The translations under genes were made by a program, and so were the position numbers. From Ostrea edulis (Eukaryota), in assembly GCF_947568905.1 (NCBI RefSeq), contig NC_079170.1, forward strand, positions 44,020,001 through 44,084,000: a stretch of 64,000 bases of DNA, given 5' to 3'. Positions within the stretch are counted from its first letter, which is position 1. Every line of letters starts with the position of its first letter. The notes beneath the pieces were generated by a model that worked only from the letters and a program-made list of their open reading frames with translations, was not told the DNA's origin and did no database searches. This document shows positions 12,701 to 23,520 of the stretch, piece after piece.

Positions 12701-15700
12701 AACATCCACAACTGTAAGTCATACCGAGTTCTCATCCTTCGAGTTACGCAAGTTATACTGAGTTCTGAGATTGTGTAAGTCATACCGAGTTCTGATTCCT
12801 CGAGTTACGCAAATTGTACAGAGTTCTGAGATTGTGTAAGTCATACCAAGTTCTGATTCCTTGAGTTACGCAAGTTGTACAGATTTCTGAGATTGTGTAA
12901 GTCATACCGAGTTCTGATTCCTCGAGTTACGCAAGTTGTACCGAGTTCTGAGATTGTGTAAGTCATATCAAGTTCTGATTCCTCAAGTTACGCAAGTTGT
13001 ACAGAGTTCTGAGATTGTGTAAGTCATATTAAGATTTATACATGTTCTGATTTCTGAGATCAGGGAAGTCATACTAAATTCTGAGATTGGCAAGTTATTT
13101 TGAGATATCAGACAAGTTATACTGAGTTTTGAGATCGGAAAAGTCATACCGAGTTCTTAGGTCAGACAAGTCATACTGAGGATGTCGGAAAAGTCATTCT
13201 GAGGGCTTTCTTTACCCACTACAGTTAGTTCCTTAACCTTCTATGTATTCTATACACAGATGTGGATAAGTCCTCAATGTATTCTATACATGGGTGTGGA
13301 TAAGCTCTCAATGTATTATATACACAGATGTGGATAAGTCCTCAATGTATTCTATACATGGGTGTGGATAAGCCCTCTATGTATTCTATATATGGATGTG
13401 GATAAGTCCTCAATGTATTCTATACATGGTTGGGAATAAGTCCTCAATGTATTCTATACATGGATGTGGATAAGCCCTCAATGTATTCTATACATGGATG
13501 TGGATAAGCCCTTTATGTATTCTATACATGGGTGTGGATAAGTCCCCAATGCATTCTATACATAGATGTGGATAAGTCCTCAATGTATTCTATACATGGT
13601 TGTGGATAAGTCCTCAATTTTTTTCTATACATGGATGTGGATAAGCACTCTATGTATTCTATACATGGATGTGGATATCCCTCAATGTATTCTATACATG
13701 GATGTGGATAAGCCCTAAATGTATTCTATACATGGATGTGGATAAACCCTCTATGTATTTTATACATGGATGTGGATAAGCACTCTATGTATTCTATACA
13801 TGGATATGGATAAGCCCTCTGTATTCTATACATGGGTTTGGATAAGTCCTCAATGTATTCTATACATGGATGTGGATAAGTCATCTATGTATTCTATACA
13901 TGGATGTGGATAAGCCCTTTATGTATTCTATACATGGGTGTGGATAAGTCCTCAATGTATTCTATACATGGATGTGGATAAGTATTCAATGTATTCTATA
14001 CATGGATGTGGATAAGCCCTCTATGTATTCTATACATTGGTGTGGATGAGTCCTCAATGTATTCTATACATGGATGTGGATAAGCCTTCAATGTATTCTA
14101 TTCATGAATGTGGATAAGCCCTCTATGTATTTTATACATGGATGTGGATAAGCCCTCTATGTATTCTATCCATTAATGTGGATAAGCACAGTTGTAAGGG
14201 GAGGTTTCACTTTGTATGCTGCTGTTAGTTTTAGCTTTACATGTATTTTCTCTTTTTTATTTAAACATTTAACATTTTGATTAAACAGAGGAGAAGCCCC
14301 AGCAGACTCCAGCGCTAATGATGAGCACCTGAACAAGGAATTTGGCTGTTCACTCGGTCTAATTCCACACCAGGTAATATAAAATAAACACCATGCATGT
14401 TTGTCAGAAGATTGAATTGGTAAATATTGTCTTTTGAAGTAGATAAAGAAAAGTGTGAACCAACTTTACTTTCTTTTGATGTATATGTAATATCTGCTGA
14501 TTTGTGCAATGTAACAACCCAATTTTAAAAAAAAACATGCAGGCTTTGAAAGAAGAAAAAACCCAATTCAAAGTACATTGAAAAATGTAAAAACATGTCA
14601 TAATTTCTATTAAAGTACATTGTAAAGCAAAACTCCAAATCTGCATTATTTTCAAACTTCATATGTTAAAGTGAAAGACATAACTTTATTTCAGATTCGT
14701 TGCTTTATGTCCCGTTTTCAACAAATCCTTCCTGCCTGTAGAGCATTTGATAAATGTACTGCCTGTTCTAAAACTGTGAGTATAAGGCAGGAGCACATTG
14801 TGTTTAAACCCCTCAAATTTAACGTATGCATTTCTTCACCTCAAGTTTGATAATTTCATTTCTACACCTCAAGATTGATCATTACATTTATGCACCTCAA
14901 ATTTGATGAATGCATTTCTACACCTCAAGATTGATCATTACATTTATACACCTCAGAGTTAAAAGGGCATTAGCTGCCATTTTGTTGCCTAATATTGAAT
15001 TCAATGAAAATTCCTCTTTATCATATATTTCAGTAATAAGACCAGTATTTAATTATTGCAAACACTTTTTAACTTCAAAACAAGCAAATGTTAAACTTAT
15101 CAATTTCAGATTATTATTGTACACATATCCTCTATTTTTTTTATCCATATCAAATTTCTCTGGTGTGTTATTCATCCTAAGTTATCATGGCTGGGGTTAT
15201 ACACCTCAAGTTTTATAATTTCATTTATATACATGTACATCTAATTTAATTGCATTCATACACCTCACATTTAGTATTTTATTAAATGTACCAATGCTAG
15301 GCTCACCAGTTACACAGTTTTATTAATGAATTTACTAATACATGTATCTCCATGACATTTGATAGTGTCTATGAAAGAAAACTTATGATTAAAGAAATAG
15401 TATAGCATAGTTTGGTGATTTTTTTCTCATCTCAAATCATATTCCTTTCTATTATTTTAAAAAGATAAATGAATGACATTTATCAACTTTAAAATGATTG
15501 GATGTTTGTAAAAAGTTACACTAGGAGCCAACTTATACATGTATAGCAGGTTGAATTTTTGTCCAGGAAACAAATTCAGGGGACATAATTTAAAGATTAT
15601 AATTATTTTAAACTTGGAAATAAATACAGATGCATAAAACTGTTATTATTTACAGGTAGTGACTTGTATGAGTAATTTGGACTCTCTTTAATTCTTTACA

Positions 15701-16749
15701 AAAACTTGAAACAAAATGACCTTTACTATCCCTCTAAAGTATTTGAGAGTTATTGATGACATATATGAATAAATATCCATTATCATTCTCTTGGCATTCA
15801 CAATTTAAATGTAGGTGATACAGCAATATAGGGAAGATGGCTTTACTTTTCTACGGAGAGCGTTTAACGAACCTTCCTATTTAGAGGATTTGACTGGACT
15901 GACTCAGATGCATCAGGAGACTCTAGATGCTGAGGTAAACACCAAAAAAATGAGGGATTAATTTTAAAAAAACCCAGAAAAATAAGGCAAAAAATTATAA
16001 TTGATAGTTTCTCAGGCAAATTTTTTATTTTTTAAATTTTGATGAGGCAGCTCAGGTTTTTTTTTTTACTTGGCTGTAGCATGAGTTATCTTTCCTTTTT
16101 ATGTGGACTGTAGCACAAGTTACTTTTTTATTTCTCATGGATATGTTTATATAGAGTAAGCATTGAAATTTTAATTTTATTTTTATATTCAAAAGAAAAT
16201 ATAGCTTCACATGACTTACTATTTATAAAGTGTATACTATTATTCTTAAACACTTGCACTTAAATGAGTATCCATTCAATAATTATTTCATCAAAAATAT
16301 ACTTACAATTTGATCAAAACCTTCTGAAAGTTCTACATAAATATCTGTAACACAAGAGTTACCTCATTTACATAAACGTTTAAAGAAAAAACAAATGTGG
16401 CGGTGCCTGAGAAACTATTGATTAATTTTTATTGGCCTAAAGGAGACATAAACGTTTAAATAAAAAACAAATGTGGCGGTGCCTGAGAAACTATTGATTA
16501 ATTTTTATTGGCCTAAAGGAGAATTTGTCTCTCAGCTATTAATGAAACAGACAAACTTAACACATTCAAATTTCAATTGGTGGATTGATTTTCCAATGAG
16601 ATATTTACGATATAGTAAAAATTATCAATCCTAGGTATGCCTGTAATCATCAAATTGTATTTTGTATTGCTGAATTTTCTTGTTTTTATACCTTGAAGGT
16701 TTGGGGATTCAGTGATGATGAGGAATGTAACATCATGGAGCTTTCTTGA
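546..16749 (+). CDS. ATG7: Ubiquitin-like modifier-activating enzyme ATG7, complete 19-exon gene (2085 nt CDS, 694 aa)
   Basis: Exons joined by hand: 546-708, 1026-1080, 3444-3561, 4273-4350, 4483-4599, 5224-5364, 6788-6876, 8187-8308, 8651-8741, 8855-8999, 9575-9733, 11094-11145, 11421-11557, 11883-12047, 12598-12713, 14289-14373, 14695-14775, 15815-15934, 16699-16749. All introns are GT-AG with compatible phases and no internal stop. ATG7 hallmarks: [53 protein letters not shown] (GxGxxG), [34 protein letters not shown] (active site), FDKCTACS. Confidence 0.97.
1026..1080 (+). CDS. ATG7: ATG7 exon 2
   Basis: ttttcag|; [18 protein letters not shown]; |gtaag. Confidence 0.9.
1581..2135. repeat. 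Array of GGAGAACTCGTACC / GGTACAAGTTCTCC modules in both orientations (subterminal-repeat-type non-autonomous element)
   Basis: The ~14-bp motif recurs many times in direct and inverted orientation within ATG7 intron 2; termini not resolved. Confidence 0.6.
2621..3267. mobile_element. Non-autonomous hAT-superfamily MITE
   Basis: TIR TAGGGCTG...CAGCCCTA; perfect 8-bp TSD CTGGACAG (2613-2620 and 3268-3275); subterminal CGGTT/AACCG repeats. Confidence 0.88.
3444..3561 (+). CDS. ATG7: ATG7 exon 3
   Basis: [40 protein letters not shown]. Confidence 0.92.
3974..4115 (+). mobile_element. Solo LTR of the tRNA-containing TRIM family
   Basis: Begins TGTAGTAG, ends TTACA, and carries the same tRNA-like core as the LTRs at 7043 and 10092; no TSD recognised. 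Confidence 0.7.
4273..4350 (+). CDS. ATG7: ATG7 exon 4
   Basis: [26 protein letters not shown]. Confidence 0.95.
4483..4599 (+). CDS. ATG7: ATG7 exon 5
   Basis: [39 protein letters not shown]. Confidence 0.93.
4684..4925. mobile_element. Tc1/mariner-type MITE
   Basis: TIR CTGTATGGG...CCCATACAG flanked by TA on both sides. Confidence 0.75.
5224..5364 (+). CDS. ATG7: ATG7 exon 6
   Basis: [47 protein letters not shown]; phase 0/0, fits between exons 5 and 7; weakly conserved region. Confidence 0.8.
6548..6625 (+). mobile_element. tRNA-derived SINE head fragment
   Basis: A-box TAGCTCAATAGG and B-box GGTTCGAGTC with degenerate stems. Confidence 0.5.
6788..6876 (+). CDS. ATG7: ATG7 exon 7
   Basis: [29 protein letters not shown]. 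Confidence 0.95.
7043..7427 (+). mobile_element. TRIM (miniature LTR retroelement) with tRNA-Thr-like sequence in both LTRs, copy 1
   Basis: LTR1 7043-7184 (TGT...ACA); 106-bp interior starting with PBS TGGTGCCGT and ending in PPT AAGGAAGGAGGAAAA; LTR2 7291-7427 (TGT...ACA). Confidence 0.82.
8187..8308 (+). CDS. ATG7: ATG7 exon 8
   Basis: [41 protein letters not shown]. Confidence 0.93.
8651..8741 (+). CDS. ATG7: ATG7 exon 9
   Basis: [30 protein letters not shown]. Confidence 0.95.
8855..8999 (+). CDS. ATG7: ATG7 exon 10
   Basis: [49 protein letters not shown]. Confidence 0.97.
9575..9733 (+). CDS. ATG7: ATG7 exon 11
   Basis: [53 protein letters not shown]. Confidence 0.97.
9811..10834 (+). 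mobile_element. HINE/Helentron-type non-autonomous element interrupted by TRIM copy 2
   Basis: 5' TTTTAGCTCACCTG; subterminal inverted CAGGTGAGCG followed by the 3' stem-loop GTGGCCCTTGAGCCTC; homologous to 22003-22477. Confidence 0.7.
10092..10458 (+). mobile_element. TRIM with tRNA-Thr-like LTRs, copy 2, nested in a HINE
   Basis: LTR1 10092-10225; 106-bp interior (degenerate PBS CGGTGCCAT, PPT AGGGAGGAA); LTR2 10332-10458; flanks CCTAT/CCTAG. Confidence 0.8.
11094..11145 (+). CDS. ATG7: ATG7 exon 12
   Basis: [17 protein letters not shown]. Confidence 0.93.
11421..11557 (+). CDS. ATG7: ATG7 exon 13
   Basis: [46 protein letters not shown]. Confidence 0.96.
11591..11783. mobile_element. Tc1/mariner-type MITE
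   Basis: TA|CTGTATACAGGG ... CCCTGTATACAAG imperfect TIR. Confidence 0.6.
11883..12047 (+). CDS. ATG7: ATG7 exon 14
   Basis: [21 protein letters not shown]...[19 protein letters not shown]. Confidence 0.96.
12251..12620 (+). repeat. 63-bp tandem array (6 units) made of the exon-15 acceptor plus the first ~23 exon nt
   Basis: TGTATTGTAG ends at 12277, 12345, 12408, 12471, 12534 and 12597; the last one is the true acceptor. Confidence 0.92.
12598..12713 (+). CDS. ATG7: ATG7 exon 15 (active-site cysteine exon)
   Basis: [38 protein letters not shown]; the DQQC cysteine corresponds to the ATG7 catalytic Cys (human C572). Confidence 0.95.
12714..13200 (+). repeat. 61-bp tandem array starting exactly at the exon-15 donor
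   Basis: GTAAGTCAT at 12714, 12775, 12836, 12897, 12958 and 13019, then degenerate sub-units to ~13200. Confidence 0.92.
13243..14188. repeat. 34-bp minisatellite, about 28 copies
   Basis: Consensus ATGTATTCTATACATGGATGTGGATAAGYCCTCW. Confidence 0.95.
14289..14373 (+). CDS. ATG7: ATG7 exon 16
   Basis: [29 protein letters not shown]. Confidence 0.92.
14695..14775 (+). CDS. ATG7: ATG7 exon 17
   Basis: [27 protein letters not shown]. Confidence 0.95.
14815..14957. repeat. ~30-bp degenerate tandem repeat (ACACCTCAA units)
   Basis: CACCTCAA recurs at ~27-30 bp spacing and resumes at 15200-15270 after an inserted TTAA-type MITE end. Confidence 0.6.
15815..15934 (+). CDS. ATG7: ATG7 exon 18
   Basis: [40 protein letters not shown]. 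Confidence 0.95.
16370..16521. repeat. Near-perfect 76-bp tandem duplication in the last ATG7 intron
   Basis: ACATAAACGTTTAAA...GGCCTAAAGGAG starts at 16370 and 16446. Confidence 0.9.
16699..16749 (+). CDS. ATG7: ATG7 exon 19 (terminal coding exon)
   Basis: [16 protein letters not shown]-stop (TGA 16747-16749); resembles the ATG7 C-terminal IWDxSDDE motif. Confidence 0.88.
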   Translation, partial: VWGFSDDEECNIMELS

Positions 16750-17079
16750 TGGTGGATAATGAACTGTTCTTTATGTTTTATTTAACATGTGTAGCCAATG
16801 TACAATTTGTCACTTATTTATTGCAAATTATTCTTTTATCCATATTTATGAATGAGAAAAATATACAGTGGTATAATAATAACTGTGTACTTGTGTTGCT
16901 TAGAAATTGAAAATGACATTTTATATTTATTATAGAAATGATCCAATGCTTCAATAGTGTTTTATTTCCCCATATTACAGACTGGACAGACATCTATTTC
17001 TGATACTTATATTGATTAATGATATAGATTTTAAGTTATTATATCAAGTTTAAAGTTCAAAGGTATTATCGAGAATTAA

Positions 17080-17556
17080 GGTAGCTCCACTCTCATATAC
17101 ATGTAGCATCATAGGTCTGCAAAATCTTCATTTCATTGAAGTATGTGCGTGATCAAAATATATCTTTTTGAGAAATTTTATACATTATGTGCTGGATATG
17201 ATAAAACAAAATTGGTACACTATTTGAAGCTGAAAAATTTGTGTTTTTTAATAAAGAATCAATTTAATAACTTCATGCATTACAATTTAGAAAATGTTTT
17301 CAAGGGCAATAACTCCTATGCTGGGATGATATATGTATATTTTATAAATTAGCTGTTATTTGAAATATATATATATATATATATATACATACACACACAC
17401 ATCTGTGAATGTGTGTCTGACATCTTTATAAAGGTGGCAACATATACATTTTCTTTGGTTATCAATTCAATTAAAGTATATAAAATGGAAATTATTATAT
17501 AGTTTTTTTTACTTTGAACCATTAATATTGATAAGTCACATGAGGATGGAGCTACC
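17080..17556. mobile_element. TTAA-flanked MITE (Kolobok/piggyBac-type target) in or just after the ATG7 3' UTR
   Basis: TTAA|GGTAGCTCCA ... TGGAGCTACC|TTAA. Confidence 0.82.
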
Positions 17557-18800
17557 TTAAAGCTGTATGGGTCATGAAAAAAATGTGGAAATTGGTACGA
17601 TTTTAACAGTTCCTTAAATTACTGACTTATTATTGGTGAATGTGAAAGTTTTGGATAACTTAAAAATATATAAAATGACAAATTAGTACTACATTGTAAT
17701 ATGTATGCTACAATATTGATTTAATTAGCTTTCTTTATCAATTGTCACACAGATGATGACATTCAGTTAATATTTTGTGTAAGGTACAGAAATTTTATCC
17801 TGCTTGCATACAGTATTTGATAGTTTTAATGGTCCCCTATACCCCAGAGTTATTTCCATCTGTAAGAGTTTTCGCATCTGAGATTTGGAGTACTGTCAAT
17901 TTTTGGGGGATTCGAAGAGTATTTTTGATTTCTACATTGAAGGAGAATTAAGAAATAAATTATTGACAAAAAGACTGAATTTCTATGCAAAATTTCGAGT
18001 AAATTAATGTAGATTTTTTTTAAGAATTGGTATCTGTTTGGAAAAATATTAATAAATTACAACATTTGAAGTAGTTCCAAGTCCCGACTACTTGTATCAT
18101 AGATTATAAAACTGAAATACATGTATAGGAGTATAAAAATAGAAGATATATTGGACAAAACAGAAACTTTGATATCATGCAGATTTAGAACTTTTTGATT
18201 AATCAATCCTTCCACCACAAAATTTAGTCCCTACCAAACAAACCCTTTCAAATTAAATTGGCACAAAATTTTTCACTTGGATAGGGTTCAGCAATAGATG
18301 TGTAATATATCTGCACCAATGGGATCAGTATTGAACCAGTGAATACTTCGTTGTAGCATCCTGCGCAGTTGTGCCGAAAAGCGCAGGAGCTAACTTCCTT
18401 AAGTGGTATGATTCATTGTTTTAAAAAAAAAATATGTCTGCATAAAAGGGTGGGGGAAGGGAACCCTTTTGTCCTATTTAGATCATTGACTGCTTGCCTC
18501 TAAGGCACTCCTCTCTTGCTTTAACATCTTGCGACTACCTGGTAGTACATACACATCCCCAAACTAAGAAAAGAGAAGGGGAATGTTAGCCCCACACGTC
18601 TTCTACAATTGTACTTTTTTCTGATGTCATTTTATCTTGATGATTTTCTTCAAAGATTTATGCTGGACTGTCTCCCTCTTTAAATTTCTGTATTCACTAT
18701 GGTAATTATGCATGTAATAAGATCAGATTAGCTAAACTGCTCATTAGAGTTGTCTTCCCTTGGTGGTATTGAATGACCTGTAGAGTTTCTCTAACCTGGC

Positions 18801-18955
18801 CAAGTGGTCACTGGTCCCTCCCTATCAAGTGGTCACTGGTCCCTCCCTATCATGTGGTAACTTTTACCTCCTTATCAAGGCAGAGTGATAATTATACGAA
18901 CTCTTGGTAACTTTTACCTCCTTATCAAGGCAGAGTGATAATTATACGAACTCTA
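18801..18955. repeat. Adjacent 25-bp and 51-bp tandem duplications
   Basis: CAAGTGGTCACTGGTCCCTCCCTAT at 18801 and 18826; TGGTAACTTTTACCTCC...GAACTCT twice at 51-bp spacing. Confidence 0.85.
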
Positions 18956-21900
18956 AATCTGCCCCTACCCTCATGGGCAATGGTGGAATACCTACACAAC
19001 CCCAGTTTGAGGGTTTCAAATCTTAGTCTGGGAGCTCTATCTCACCCCAGGGCCCCTTTCATTTGATCTACAAAGATTAGGGAAAGGTCATCAGGATCCA
19101 TTTTAAAATCCTACAATGTCTATGTGATAAGAAAAATAGCAAAGTACCATGAACTTAGACTACTCACTGTCATCACAGACCTCCTACCTAAATGGGAGGG
19201 GATATCCCCTACCCCAAACAAGTGGCCCCTCGGTTTCCCCTCCCATGACAGAGTAGAGATGTGTTTTGACACCTTGGAGCCACCAGGTGATACCCCCGAA
19301 ACCCCTAATCTTACAATATATCATGAATGTTAAACCTCTGTATAAGCTAAGGTGCTCTGATAAGTGTGATTCATTGAATAATTTGTTTCAAATCAAATAT
19401 TGTTCAAAGTGTACCCAAACTTTTGATGGTTTTCCTTAGTAGCTTCTATTGGCTTATTGACTGATGGTGAGTGGCTGACCACTGGTTAGTGACTGCTAGC
19501 TTATTGACCGCTGGTTGTTGTTTTTTGTTTTGTTTTTTAATGATGCATGTTCATTTGATTAATAGGTCACTCGACAAGTGTCTTTGAAATTAGCTAGAAA
19601 AGAAATATATTTTTCATATTTTTTTTTTAGATATGGTGCCAAGGTTGGGGTCCCAGGATACTCAAATTATATATACCGATCCTTAAGTACATTAATGTAA
19701 TAAGTACATTGTGAAATAAAAAGTCTATGTTCATTCCACAACTTTAAGAAAACGAAAGTACATGCAGTGTATGTACATCATCTCATGTCAGGAAAAAAAA
19801 GTTTGACTTTTTGTTGTTGTTTATTTTTATTTTATCTTTTTAGTTTGAAAAATCATAGGGAGTTCCCCGCTTTTTCTTGCTTGAACAAAGTTAATTCTAT
19901 CCGCTATGGTATAAAGAAATCTGCTTTAGAATCGCATAATGTGCATGCTTCGTTGGAGGCACTTTAAACTTAATAAACTGTAAATGTGGGTGATTTAAAA
20001 TTCAAATTGTAGGTGACATTGAGTCAACGGAGTTCTGCAGATTTTTAGACAGGATATGTGTGTCTCTTTATTTTCCCCCACACAGTGATGGAGTCAAAGT
20101 GATGCAACACCCCCCCCCCCCCCCTGGGTTAAACAGCGTTTTTTAAAATGTCTTTCTTGGCTCTTCAACCCTCCTTTTATGGAAGAAAAGGTAGACACTT
20201 CGGTCACTACCCCCTTTGACAATTTTTTGGATCCGCTCCTGCCGGATCCTCTAACAAAAAGATATTAGGAAAGATATATACAGTATATACCTGCCAGGGG
20301 CGGGGCTCTGACTAAGCCTCCTCTACGTATACATACTGACGCTCGTATTCTCTACAACACAGGGATATGAATATTATATTATTGTAAATATTCATAAAAT
20401 AACAATGTACCTCATGAATTGCCATTTAAGGAGAGGGCTTAAATAGACTATGCCTGCTGCCCGATCCCATTCACTTTGTGAATAAAATATAGTTTGAATT
20501 AAATAAATTGCCAGTTGTCCCCTCATACAGTGATATGCATATATGTGCATTGAATATGTTTTAATACATAATTGGAAAACGTCAAGACATCCCTGTATGC
20601 TTCACATACTAGTAAATAAAATAAAACTGATAATATTATATACATTACACAGTAACACTTACTCTACAGTAAAACTCTAAGGGGTAACGCACCGCCAATC
20701 TAAAGTCTATAAATCGTGACCTATAGACACGTTCACCTATTACTTTACGTTCCTCAAATAGTGAGTATATTTTATTAGTGTTTGAAACTCGCTGTAAAAT
20801 TAGCTAGATCTGCAGGGATGACTGCTTGTAAAAATTGAAAGCCCTGTCAAAGACCTACTAGCCCTGAGAAAATAATTGCCATTTTTGAAATTACTTTCGT
20901 CAATCACTATATCTTTTAATTAAAGCTATTAGGTGACTACATGACTCGGGTTTCCATAACTAAAAGCTCCTGTCAGATTATATATGATTTTATAATCCCC
21001 CATGTAATGGTTGGTGGTATTGATTGTATATTAGCCCCCCCCCCCCCTCCCCCCCCATCCCCCATCCCCCCGGAAAAATGGCTATACATGTATATACATA
21101 GTACATGTAGATCTTCCCCCACGGCAATGTAACTACATGTATATCGTATAGGTTTTTCCCCACAGCAATGTAACTATATCGTAGGTTTTCCCCCTTTTAT
21201 AGCCAGATACCCCCCTCCCCCGGGAATCCTACTATATAGTAGATTTTCCCCTCGTATATCCTTCCAGTTACTTTTACGGCGGACAATTCCCATACATATT
21301 CTTTCCATTCTGAAATGAAATTAATCCGTCTCTGGCTATTCATTTTTTTATATTCTAAATGAAGACTCTGAGTTAATATCCAAATTCCCTTGATTGGGAT
21401 TTTTGGAAATATTCATTTTTCAACAAATATAATTTCATTCAGTCGAATGTTATGTAAAACAATCATATACATGCATATCTAAAAATTTAAATGTAAAATC
21501 AGAATATTTCCTACTTGTAAAACAACACCTATTTAGGCAACTCAGAATTTTTAAAGTTAAACAGATACATGTAAGTATTTATCGTGCGAGGAATCAAAAT
21601 TGTCTCTCTCCATTTGATTAATACAGAAACTTTTCTTACAGATAGTGGAGTAAAACTCTGTTGATTGCCTACCCCCTGATTCCACATTGCCGCTACCAAG
21701 GAATCAATTTTCTATAAAATTAGAGGTTTTTGAGAGGAGACTCCCTCCAACTGTTCTCGGGTCATTGGTTGATTAATAGATGTGAACATGTTATCGATAT
21801 AATCGTAGATATTCCAGACGGAGCAACTCCCGGCTGTACTGTCAGTACTTTGATTCATACATGCATGTATTCGTTTAAACAATTTCTCAACAGCTGATTT

Positions 21901-22002
21901 ATTTTTGAATCTGACAGATGGACAACGTCATATATCTTATTCCCATATACGAAGAATATTCTGGAAAAGTTTTGATTTTTAACATGTACTCCTATAACTT
22001 TT

Positions 22003-22013
22003 TTTTAGCTTCC

Positions 22014-22046
<33 letters not shown>

Positions 22047-22090
22047 ACTTGTCCGTCGTCTGTCCGTCTGTAACCTTTCCACATTTTCGA

Positions 22091-22131
<41 letters not shown>

Positions 22132-22477
22132 GAAGACAACCTTGGGTACAGGGCATTTATGTTCGTTCAAATGAAGGACCAAGCCCCTCGACAAGTAGAG
22201 ATAATAGAGAAAATACATGATGGACGACTTTTAAAAATATTCTTCTCCATATTCAAACAAAATGGAATTTGTTTAAATAAAGGGCCATATGACCTGTACA
22301 AGGGAAGATGATAATTACATCACATAACGAAGTTTTAGTTTTTACCTTTAATTTTTTTTTCCTGAATCAAAGTACTAGTAAAATGATACAATAAAAAAAG
22401 TCATGTACATTTGCTCAAGTTTGTTTAATTGCTAGGAACTACTGCTCAGGTGAGCTATGTGGTCCATGGGCCTCTTG
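22003..22477 (+). mobile_element. HINE/Helentron-type non-autonomous element
   Basis: TTTTAGCTTCCCTGAGCTGAAAG start, GTCCGTCGTCTGTCCG microsatellite, CAGGTGAGCTA plus 3' hairpin GGTCCATGGGCCTC. Confidence 0.75.
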
Positions 22478-23018
22478 ATATTTTTAATTTTCATATAAAC
22501 ATTTTCAGAAATTGTGTGATAGAATCATTCAAATGTTAAACATGCAGTCCTGTAATTGCATCCATGTGGATTTCTCTCTGATTTGTGGATTCTATTTTGA
22601 TAACATTCTTTTACAAAAATGAAAAAGCGACTATTCTTCAATGTTTCGAACTCATTTCTAGAACGCAACTGGAAATCCCAAGAATATTCATCGGAAGGTG
22701 AATATAAGAGATTCACCAACTTTCTGTCTAATCTTTCCCTTGTAAAATGTCAGTGCCTTGTTACTTGAGGAGCTGTGTTCGGAACATGAATTAAGTAACT
22801 GTTCTCCGATACGGTTTAAAGTATTAAATCCAAAATATTCTCATCCTTTGGTTAAAGTATTATAGTTATACAGCAAGGTGTACAGATAAAAAAAATCGAG
22901 TGTGCGTTTTGCAATATCATTTTTAAAGCTATTCTATGAAACACAAAACTTTCTTTCTTATAAAAATGGTGATACTGAATAATGTGATGCCCTTTGGAAC
23001 AGATGGAACCAATTTTTT

Positions 23019-23021
<3 letters not shown>

Positions 23022-23060
<39 letters not shown>
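23022..23060. repeat. (TC)n microsatellite
   Basis: Direct reading. Confidence 0.95.
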
Positions 23061-23063
<3 letters not shown>

Positions 23064-23184
23064 AGAAATAAACACCGTATATTATGAAGATACATGTATA
23101 CCATGAACTATTTACAAAATGTTTGTTGAAAAATAATAATAATAATGATGATTTGAAACAAATAAAAATAGATAAACATATTGC

Positions 23185-23520
23185 TATTAGTCTGTGTCCA
23201 TCGTCTGTCGTGCGTAACAACTTCTTCTCAAAAACTACTGGACCAATCTTTACCAAATTTGATATGTAGCATCTGTAAGAGAAGAGGACCAAAAATAAAA
23301 AATAAAAATCACAAACCCCACCCCCCATCCCAAGGGGCCTTAATGTTGAGGTAAAAACTGTAAAACTGATGCATTTTAAAAAAAAAAAAAACCCATCTCT
23401 ACTCCTAGCCAAATACTAGACAAATTCAGTATATAGTAAATATGGGTAAGGAAGCCTCTTCCAAAATTGTAAATTTTATGATACTTGGGGCAGGACTGAA
23501 GTAATGCCTAGTTGCGGGAG
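23185..23520 (+). mobile_element. Truncated HINE-family fragment
   Basis: TTCTCAAAAACTACTGGACCAATCTTTACCAAATTTG is homologous to the interior of 22003-22477. Confidence 0.5.

Noticed and set aside
12324-12761. 145-aa + ORF and 80-aa - ORF with repeated peptides
   Set aside because: By-products of the 63-bp (3n) tandem repeat; the real ATG7 exon is read in another frame.
12251-14188. CRISPR-like regularly spaced repeats
   Set aside because: Head-to-tail tandem units without unique spacers, in a eukaryotic intron.
18230-19335. GC-richer stretch with a 69-aa ORF as a possible gene or retroelement
   Set aside because: No recognisable motif, splice pattern or termini; cannot be supported without a search.
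22852-23412. 186-aa - strand ORF
   Set aside because: Low-complexity read-through of a (GA)n microsatellite and HINE fragments.
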